Below, piece by piece: positions 52,301-63,192 of a stretch of DNA of 64,000 nucleotides. The first letter of the stretch is position 1; each line of letters begins with the position of its first letter. The DNA is from Amphiscolops sp. MND2022. Its lineage: Eukaryota. The DNA lies in assembly GCA_964187785.1 (NCBI GenBank), contig OZ076409.1, forward strand, positions 70,868,001 through 70,932,000. The letters run 5' to 3'. The position numbers and the translations under genes are program-made. The notes under the pieces were generated by a model. That model was not told the DNA's origin. It did no database searches and saw only the letters and a program-made list of their open reading frames with translations.

Positions 52301-55300
52301 TCATTGAGACGAGTTGGGGGACATAGTTTCAGTCACCCCCCGTTACCCCTTAGGACCGGAAATGACCGTTATGTGAGTAAAATTGCCATTTTTGTCCTAT
52401 TTGAAGGGCATTTAGATGCGGAAGGAGTGGTAATAGGTGCTTGGACACTATATGAGGTAAGGGAGGACGTGAGGCGAGCATTCAGACATAACCGTTATGT
52501 TGACCCTAAAGTCCCCTTGGTACCGTAAACGACCGGAAATGGTCAAATTTTGTGTCTATTGGGTACAAATGTTTGGTATTTTGTAAATAAAAGTATCTAT
52601 TAGGTGTTTCAACGGTTTGCAGTAGTGAACATAGTCATGAAACCTTGTGGGGGGTAACGGTATATAGCACCGGAAATCCGAACCGTTGGAGACAGGATAG
52701 GTTTTTTGGTTTTAAAATGTCTTTCGGCGTACTTTTGTCGACTATTATGGACTATTTTTATCAATTAAAGTTTTTCCATATAGTTTCAGAGACTCCGAAA
52801 CTTCAACCAACATAACCGTTACCTTATGATAGCCTTTCAAGTTGGCCTGGTGTCAACTTGGAAGGGCTATCCTTCTAAAATCGTTAATCAAGAGTGTTTT
52901 TGGGTAGGTATATATTGCATTAGTACCAATTAGAGCTTCATCAACAGTGTATCAACGACAAAAACTATGTCGTGATGATTCCGTTATCAGAATAATAGTG
53001 AGCTAATTGTTGACAAAAATAATTTTTTCCATTCAAAATGTGTCCTAAATGCCAGGAAACCTATTTTCCTAAAAAATGGTATTGATTGGAATGTATGTAA
53101 CCTATTTATAAAAGTTCAAATTGATTATTACGTTTCATTATGGAAGCTGAAACGTAATATTTCAGTTTAATTAACGTCAACGCCACACACTTTACATCAA
53201 CGCCCACCGTCTGTGGGCATGCCGAGGCATGCCCTTCGACGACATATACCAAATACATACCTAACGACGCCCGTACATCCCGGGCTAGGTGCGGGGGGGT
53301 AACCCCAACAAATATATTGGAGGATTCGGGTAGGGTCCTGAATCCGATTTTAACTCTAATAGCTATCGATAGGAAATCGTGCAAAAATTTCGGGATCTCG
53401 TGATCTAACCATAGGATTTTAAAGTTGGAGCGGCCCCCACCAGATTTTCCAAAGTTATTCGCCCCCCACCGGGTTCCAGCGTGATTGAAATATTTTGACG
53501 GGGTACACGGGCGACCGTTAGGGGTCATTTTGGGGGTAAAATTTATATCCGGTCGCATAACTTTTTTCCTGTTGGTTTAAAACTTTGGGACCCTGCTAAA
53601 AGTTTCTTGACCGTGTTGCAGTGGCTCCGGAGGTCCAAACCAAATTTTTCTATCTTGAAGCTATCTCCAAGTACCCCCCCGCTCAAACCGTTATTTTTCC
53701 GGAAACGCAGGTTTTTGACCCGGAAGGAGTCGTCTGAGCGCGGGGTCGTTAGGTGATGTTTTGGGGACGGCCTTGAGACGAAGTGGGGGACATGTAGTTT
53801 GCCAACCTCAGTTTACCCCCCGGACGGGAAATGACCGTTATATGAGCGGGAAAATTGCCCCCCTCCACGTTTAACCGCTATTTCCGGTGTGAAGGAGTGG
53901 GAGTAGCGCGTCGGGTGTCATATATCAAAAGTAGGTCTAGACAAGGACCTATCGGAAACATGTAGTTTGGGACCCCCTGGTCCAACCCGTTAGCGAGAAA
54001 TGGCGCTTCCGCCTCCTTTTTTTACTGCTAAAACCGTAAAATGGGCATTGAGGGGTAAATATCTCGTGAACGCGTGGAGCAATCGTGTCCATCACTACTA
54101 CAAGGTTTCATACCCATGATATGGTGCCTTCAGGGGGGCAAACAGATTTCCGCTATCTATCACCGTTACCGACTTGGCCCCCCAGCCTAACCGCTATGTG
54201 ACCGGAAATGTCACTTTTTGAGCCCAAAGGGTCGGTCCCAGCCGGGGAACGTTAGGAAACTTATTGTAGTACTCAATGAGACGAGTTGGGGGATATAGTT
54301 TCAGTCACCCCCCGTTACCCCTTGGGACCGGAAATGACCGTTATGTGGGTAAAATTGCAATTTTTATACTTTTTCAAGTGTATTTAGGTGCGGAAGGCGT
54401 GGTAATAGGTGCTTGGACACTATATGAGGTAAGGGAGGACGTGAGGCGAGCATTCGGAAATAACCGTTATGTTGACCCTAAAGTCCCCCTGGTACCGTAA
54501 ACGACCGGAAATGGTCAAATTTTGTGTCTATTGGGTACAAATAATTATTATTTTGTAGATAAAAGTTTCTTTTAGGTGTTTCGACGGTCTGCAATAGTGA
54601 ACATAGTCATGAAACCTTGTGGGGGGTAACGGGGTATATAGCACCGGAAGTCCAAACCGTTGGACACAGGATAGGTTTTTGGTTTGAAAATGTCTTTCGG
54701 CGTACTTTTGTCGACTATTATGGACTATTATTAAAAATTAAAGATTTTCCATATAGTTTCAGAGACTCCGAAACCTCAACCAACATAACCGTTACATTTT
54801 GATAGCCTTTCAAGTTGGCCTGGTGTCAACTTGGAAGCGCTATCCTTCTGAAATCGTTAATCAAGAGTGTTTTTGGGTAGGTATATATTGCATTAGTACC
54901 AATTAGAGCTTCATCAACAGTGTATCAACGACAAAAACTATGCCGTCATGATTCCGTTATCAGAATCATAGTGAGCAAATTGTTGAAAAAAATGGTTTTT
55001 TCCATACAAAATGTGTCCTAAATGCCAGGAAACCTATTTACCTAACAAATGGTATTAATTGGAATGTATGTAACAGAGTTATAAAAGTTCAAATTGAATA
55101 TTACATTTCATTATGGAAGCTGAAACGTCATATTTTAGTTTAATTAACGTCCACGCCACATACTTTACATCAACGCCCACCGTCTGTGGGCATGCCGAGG
55201 CATGCCCTTCGACGACGTATACCAAATACATACCCAAACGACGCCCGTACATCCCGGGCTAGGTGCGGGGGGGAAACCCCAACAAAATTTTTGGAGGATT

Positions 55301-58300
55301 CGGGTAGGGTCCTGAATCCGAGTTCAGTGCTGCCAGCTTTCGTTAAGAAAATTTGGATAGGATTCGGGATCTCGTGATCTAACCATAGGATTTTAAAGTT
55401 GGAGCGGCCCCCACCAGATTTTCCGAAAATTAGCGCCCCCCACCGGGTTCCATACCCCGGAAAATTTTTTTCTGGCCACACGGGCGACCGTTAGGGGGTC
55501 ATTTTAGGGGTAAAATTCATATTGGGCCACATAACTTTTTTTCTGTTGATTTAAAACTTTGGGACCCTGCTAAAAGTTTCTTGACCGTGTTGCAGGGGCC
55601 CCGGAGGTCCAAACCAAATTTTTCTAGCTTGAAGCTATCTCCAAGTACCCCCCCGCCCAAAACGTTATTTTTCCGGAAACGCAGGTTTTTGACCCGGAAG
55701 GAGTCGTCTGAGCGCGGGGTCGTTAGGTGATGTTTTGGGGACGGCCTTGAGACGAAGTGGGGGACATGTAGTTTGTCAACCTCAGTTTACCCCCCGGACA
55801 GGAAATGACCGTTATATGAGCGGGAAAATTGCCCCCCTCCACGTTTTACCGCTATTTCCGGTGTGAAGGAGTGGGAGTAGCGCGTCGGGTGCCATATATC
55901 AAAAGTAGGTTTAAACAAGGACCTATCGGAAACATGTGGTTTGGGACCCCCTGGACCTACCCGTTAGCAGGAAATGGGGCTTCCGGCCCGTTTTTTTACG
56001 GTTAAAAACGGAAAATGGGCATTGAGGGGTAAATATCTCGTGAACGCGTGGAGCTACGGTGTCCTTCACTACTACAAGGTTTCATACCCATGATATGGTG
56101 CCTTCAGGGGGGCAAACAGATTTCCGCTATCTATCGCCGTTACCGACTTGGCCCCCCAGCCTAACCGCTATGTGACCGGAAATGTCACTTTTTGTGCCCA
56201 AAGGGTCGGTCCCAGCCGGGGAACGTTAGGTAACTTATTGTAGTACTCAATGAGACGAGTTGGGGGATATAGTTTCAGTCAACCCCCGTTACCCCTTGGG
56301 ACCGGAAATGACCGTTATGTGGGTAAATTTGCAATTTTTATACTCTTTGAAGTGCATTTAGGTGCGGAAGGAGTGGTAATAGGTGCTTGGACACTATATG
56401 AAGGAAGGGAGTACGTGAGGCGAGCATTTGGAAATAACCGTTATGTTGACCCTAAAGTCCCCCTGGTACCGGAAGTGACCCGTAATGGTCAAATTTTGTG
56501 TTCAAAGGGTACAAATGTTTGGTATTTTGTAGATAAAAGTATCTATTAGGTGTTTCGACGGTCTGCAGTCGTGAACATTGTCATGAAACCTTGTGGGGGG
56601 TAACGGTATATAGCACCGGAAGTCCAAACCTTTGGAGACAGCATAAGTTTTTTGGTTTTAAAATGTCTTTCGGCCTACTTTTGTCGACTATTATGGTCTA
56701 TTTTTGAAAAATAAAGTTTTTCCATATAGTTTCAGAGACTCCGAAACCTCAACCAACATAACCGTTACGTTATGATAGCCTTTCAAGTTGGCCTGGTGTC
56801 AACTTGGAAGGGCTATCCTTCAAAAATCATTAATCAAGTGTGTTTTTGAGTATGTTTGTATTACTTTAGAATCAATTAGAGCTTCAAGAAAAGTTTGCCA
56901 ACGACAAAAACTATGTCGTGACGATTCCGTTATTAGAATAATAGTTAAGAAAATGCTGATAAATTTGATTTTTTACATTTCAAATGTGTCCTAAATGCCA
57001 GAAAACCTCTTTACCAAACAAATGGTATTAAGTGAATTGTATATAACAGCTAATAAAAGTTCAAATTGAATATTACGTTTCATTTTGGAAGCTGAAACGT
57101 CATTTTGTAGTTTAATTAACCTCAACGCCACATACTTTACATCAACGCCCACCGTCCGTAGGCATGCCGAGGCATGCCTTTCGACGACGTATACCAAATT
57201 CCACCCACACAACACCCCCGAGCGCGGTAGCAGCTAGGTGCGGGGGGGAAACCCCAACAAAATTTTTGGAGGATTCGGGTAGGGTCCTGAATCCGAGTTC
57301 AGTGCTGCCAGCTTTCGTTAAGAAAATTTGGATAGGATTCGGGATCTCGTGATCTAACCATAGGATTTTAAAGTTGGAGCGGCCCCCACCAGATTTTCCG
57401 AAAATTAGCGCCCCCCACCGGGTTCCATACCCCGGAAAATTTTTTTCTGGCCACACGGGCGACCGTTAGGGGGTCATTTTAGGGGTAAAATTCATATTGG
57501 GCCACATAACTTTTTTTCTGTTGATTTAAAACTTTGGGACCCTGCTAAAAGTTTCTTGACCGTGTTGCAGGGGCCCCGGAGGTCCAAACCAAATTTTTCT
57601 ATCTTGAAGCTATCTCCAAGTACCCCCCCGCTCAAACCGTTATTTTTCCGGAAACGCAGGTTTTTGACCCGGAAGGAGTCGTCTGAGCGCGGGGTCGTTA
57701 GGTGATGTATTGGGGACGGCCTTGAGACGAAGTGGGGGACAAGTAGTTTGCTAACCTCAGTTTACCCCCCGGACGGGAAATGACCGTTATATGAGCGGGA
57801 AAAATGCCCCCCTCCACGTTTTACCGCTATTTCCGGTGTGAAGGAGTGGGAAAAGCGCGTCGGGTGTTATATAACAAAAGTAGGTTTAGACAAGGACCTA
57901 TCGGAAACATGTAGTTTGGGATCCCCTGGACCAACCCGTTAGCGGGAAATGGGGCTTCCGCCTCCTTTTTTTACTGCTAAAACCGTAAAATGGGCATTGA
58001 GGGGTAAATATCTCGTGAACGCGTGGAGCAATCGTGTCCATCACTACTACAAGGTTTCATACCCATGATATGGTGCCTTCAGGGGGGCAAACAGATTTCC
58101 GCTATCTGTCACCGTTACGGACTTGGCCCCCCAGCCTAACCGCTATGTGACCGGAAATGTCATATTTTGAGCCCAAAGGGTCGGTCTCAGCCAGGGAACG
58201 TTAGGTAACTTATTGTAGTACTCATTGAGACGAGTTGGGGGACATAGTTTCAGTCACCCCCCGTTACCCCTTAGGACCGGAAATGACCGTTATGTGAGTA

Positions 58301-61197
58301 AAATTGCAATTTTTATACTTTTTCAAGTGTATTTAGGTGCGGAAGGAGTGGTAATAGGTGCTTGGACACTATATGAGGTAAGGGAGGACGTGAGGCGAGC
58401 ATTCGGAAATAACCGTTATATTGACCCTAAAGTCCCCCTGGTACCGTAAACGACCGGAAATGGTCAAATTTTGTGTCTATTGGGTACAAATGTTTAGTAT
58501 TTTGTAGATAAAAGTATCTATTAGGTGTTTCGACGGTCTGCAATAGTGAACATAGTCATGAAACCTTGTGGGGGGTAACGGGGTATATAGCACCGGAAGT
58601 CCAAACCGTTGGACACAGGATAGGTTTTTGGTTTGAAAATGTCTTTCGGCGTACTTTTGTCGACTATTATGGACTATTATTAAAAATTAAAGTTTTTCCA
58701 TATAGTTTCAGAGACTCCGAAACCTCAACCAACATAACCGTTACATTTTGATAGCCTTTCAAGTTGGCCTGGTGTCAACTTGGAAGCGCTATCCTTCTGA
58801 AATCGTTAATCAAGAGTGTTTTTGGGTAGGTATATATTGCATTAGTACCAATTAGAGCTTCATCAACAGTGTATCAACGACAAAAACTATGCCGTCATGA
58901 TTCCGTTATTAGAATCATAGTGAGCAAATTGTTGAAAAAAATGGTTTTTTCCATACAAAATGTGTCCTAAATGCCAGGAAACCTATTTACCTAACAAATG
59001 GTATTAATTGGAATGTATGTAACCTATTTATAAAAGTTCAAATTGATTATTACGTTTCATTATGGAAACTGAAACGTCATATTTTAGTTTAATTAACGTC
59101 AACGCCACACACTTTACATCAACGCCCACCGTCTGTGGGCATGCCGAGGCATGCCCTTCGACGACGTATACCAAATACATACCTAACGACGCCCGTACAT
59201 CCCGGGCTAGGTGCGGGGGGGAAACCCCTTCCCTTATCTTGGAGGATTCGGGTAGGGTCCTGAATCTGATCTTAGTTCGCCCAGCTCTCAGTAGAAATCT
59301 GGGAAATTTTTTGCGATCTCGTGATCTAACCATAGGATTTTAAAGTTGGAGCGGCCCCCACCAGATTTTCCAAAGTTATTCGCCCCCCACCGGGTTCCAG
59401 CGTGATTGAAATATTTTGTCGGGGTACACGGGCGACCGTTAGGGGTCATTTTGGGGGTAAAATTTATATCCGGTCGCATAACTTTTTTTCTGTTGATTTA
59501 AAACTTTGGGACCCTGCTAAAAGTTTCTTGACCTTGTTGCAGTGGCTCCGGTGGTCCAAACCAAATTTTTCTATCTTGAAGCTATCTCCAAGTACCCCCC
59601 CGCCCAAACCGTTATTTTTCCGGAAACGCCGGTTTTTGACCCGGAAGGAGTCGTCTGAGCGCGGGGTCGTTAGGTGATGTTTTGGGGACGGCTTTGAGAC
59701 GAAGCGGGGGATATATAGTTTGCCGACCCCAGTTTACCCCCCGGACGGGAAATGACCGTTATTTGAGCGGGAAAAATGCCCCCCTCCACGTTTTACCGCT
59801 ATTTCCGGTGCGAAGGAGTGGGAGTAGCGTGTCGGGTGTTATATAACAAAAGTAGGTTTAGACAAGGACCTATCGGAAACATGTAGTTGGGGACCCCCTG
59901 GTCCAACCCGTTAGCGGGAAATGGGGCTTCCGCCTCCTTTTTTTACTGCTAAAACTGTAAAATGGGCATTGAGGGGTAAATATCTCGTGAACGCGTGGAG
60001 CAATCGTGTCCATCACTACTACAAGGTTTCATACCCATGATATGGTGCCTTCAGGGGGGCAAACAGATTTCCGCTATCTATCACCGTTACGGACTTGGCC
60101 CCCCAGCCTAACCGCTATGTGACCGGAAATGTCACTTTTTGAGCCCAAAGGGTCGGTCCCAGCCGGGGAACGTTAGGTAACTTATTGTAGTACTCAAGGA
60201 GACGAGTTGGGGGATATAGTTTCAGTCAACCCCCGTTACCCCTTGGGACCGGAAATGACCGTTATGTGGGTAAATTTGCATTTTTTATACTTTTTCAAGT
60301 GCATTTATGTGCGGAAGGAGTGGTAATAGGTGCTTGGACACTATATGATGTAATGGAGGTCGTGAGGAGAGCATTCGGAAATAACCGTTATGTTGACCCC
60401 AAAGTCCCCCTGGTACCGTTAACGACCGGAAATGGCCAAATTTTGTGTCTATTGGGTACAAATGTTTGGTATTTTATGGATAAAAGTACCTGGAAGGTGT
60501 TTTAAAGGTCTCCAGAAGTGAACATAGTCATGAAACCTTGTGGGGGGTAACGGTATATAGCACAGGAAGTCCAAACCGTTGGTCACAGAATAGGTTTTTT
60601 GGTTTCAAAATGTCTTTAGGCATAGTTTTGTGGGTTGAATCGTCATAATATCAACTAATACGGACTTTTTTTCGGAAATGAAATTTTTTCACATTAGTTT
60701 CAGGGACCTCCAATGCTTCAGTCAACATAACCGTTACATTTTGATAGCCTTTCAAGTTGACCTGGTGTCAACTTGGAAGGGCTATCCTTCTAAAATCGTT
60801 AATCAAGAGTGTTTTTGGGTAGGTATATGTTGCATTAGTACCAATTAGAGCTTCATCAACAGTTTGCCAACGGCAAAAACGATGTCGTGATAATTCCGTT
60901 ATAAAAATATTAGTTAACAAATTGTTTTCAAAGTTGATTTTTTCCATTAAAAATGTGTCCTAATGCCACCAAATTGAATAAAATGGTATTGACTAAAACT
61001 AAATAACAATGAAAAAGAAGATCAACATTTTTATTAGGTCTCATTATGGAAGCTGAAACCTCACGTTTTTGTTTAACTAACGTCAACGCCACAAACTTTT
61101 TATCAACGCCCACCGTCTGTGGGCATGCCGAGGCATGCCCTTCGACGACGTATACCAAACAACCTCCATATCTACACCCACCCGCGGTAGCAGCTAG
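49324..61197 (+). mobile_element. Family C units x6 (1994, 1971, 1974, 1975, 1973, 1987 bp)
   Basis: Junctions at 51317, 53288, 55262, 57237, 59210 and 61197. Confidence 0.7.
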
Positions 61198-63192
61198 GTG
61201 CGGGGGGGTAACCCCAACTTTTTTCTTGGAGGAATCGGGTAGGGTCCTGATTCCGAGCTTAGTGCCGCCAGCTATCGTTAAAAACCCATACCTTTTAAAC
61301 CCGATCTCGGGAACTAACCACGCCCCTTCTTTAATTTTTTGGCCCCCACTCACTTTTTGAGAGTAGATCGCCCCCCACTGGGTTCCAAGTTGGGCAAAAA
61401 TGGAGGTCATGGGTAACGGGGACCGTTAAGGGGTAACTCAGGGGGTAAAATTTATTTTTTGCGTCAAATCTTTTCCCCCCGTGGATTTAGCGCTTCCGGT
61501 CAGCAGACAAAACCTCATGTACGTGATACGGGGCCTCCGTAGGTCCAAACAAAATTTTTCTATCATGCACCGTTACGGACTTGCCCCCCCGGTCCAACCG
61601 TTATTTTACCGGAAATTGCACTTTTTGACCGGGAAGGAGTCGTCTGAGCACGGAGTCGTTTGGTAATGTTTTGTAGTGCATCTAGAGACGTGTTGGGGGA
61701 CATGTAGTTTGCCGGCCCCAAATTACCCCCCGGACGGGAAATGACCGTTATGTGAGTTTTAAAATTACCCCCCTTCAATTTCCCCCGTTATTTCCGGTGT
61801 GAAGGAGTGGGAGTAGCGCGTCGGGTGCCATATATCAAAAGTAGGTTTAGACAAGGACCAACCGGAAACTTGTGGTTTGGGACCCCCTGACCCAACCCGT
61901 TAGCCGTTATAAGGGTGATCGCCTCCTTTTTTTGCACTCAAAACCAGAAAACGGGTATTGAGGGGTAAATATCTCGTGAACGCGTGGAGCAATCGTGTCC
62001 ATCACTACTACAAGGTTTCATACCCATGATATGGTGCCTTCAGGGGGGCAAACAGATTACCGCTATCTATCACCGTTACGGACTTGGCCCCCCAGCCTAA
62101 CCGCTATGTGACCGGAAATTGCACTTTTTGAGCCCAAAGGGTCGATCCTAGCCGGGCAACGTTAGGTAACATATTGTGGTACTCATTGAGACGAGTTGGG
62201 GGATATAGTTTCAGTCACCCCCCGTTACCCCTTGAGACCGGAAATGACCGTTATGTGAGTAGAATTGCAATTTTTATACCTTTTGAAGGGCATTTAGGTG
62301 CGGAAGGAATGGTAATAGGTGCTTGGACACTATATGATGTAATGGAGGTCGTGAGGAGAGCATTCGGAAGTAACCGTTACGTTGACCCCAAAGTCCCCCT
62401 GGTACCGTTAACAACCGGAAATGGCCAAATTTTGTGTTTATAGGGTACAAATGTTTGGTATTTTATGGATAAAAGTACCTGGAAGGTGTTTTAAAGGCCT
62501 CCAGAAATGAACATAGTCATGAAACTTTGTGGGGGGTAACGGTATATAGCACCGGAAGTCCAAACCGTTAGTTACAGAATAGGTTTTTTGGTTTCAAAAT
62601 GTCTTTAGGCGTAGTTTTGTGGGTTGAATCGTCATAATATCAACTAATACGGACTTTTTTCGGAAATAAAATTTTTTCACATTAGTTTCAGGGACCTCCA
62701 ATGTTTCAGTCAACATAACCGTTACATTTTGATAGCCTTTCAAGTTGGCCTGGTGTCAACTTGGAAGGGCTATCCTTCTAAAATCGTTAATCAAGAGTGT
62801 TTTTGGGGAGGTATATGTTGCATTAGTACCAATTAGAGCTTCATCAACAGTTTGCCAACGGCAAAAACGATGTCGTGATAATTCCGTTATAAGAATATTA
62901 ATTAACAAATTGTTTACAAAGTTGATTTTTTCCATTCGAAAAGTGTCCTAATGCCACCAAATTGAATAAAATAATAAATGGTATTGACTTAAACTAAATA
63001 ACATTGAAAAAGAAGATCAACATTTTTATTAGGTCTCATCATGGAAGCTGAAACCTCACGTTTTAACTTAATTAACGTCAACGCCACATACTTTACATCA
63101 ACGCCCACCGTCTGTGGGCATGCCGAGGCATGCCCTTCGACGACGTATACCAATTACATATATATCTACACCCTAACCGCGGTAGCCGCTAG
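61198..63192 (+). mobile_element. Divergent C-like unit I (1995 bp)
   Basis: The first ~500 bp are diverged from C, including a compensatory base-pair change in the head hairpin (61231-61254); the 3' part matches the C units at 49324 and 59211. Confidence 0.65.

Noticed and set aside
1940..63192. CRISPR array (palindromic repeat plus variable segment)
   Set aside because: Repeats are 1.3-2.4 kb apart, the intervening sequences are homologous to each other, and there are no cas genes.
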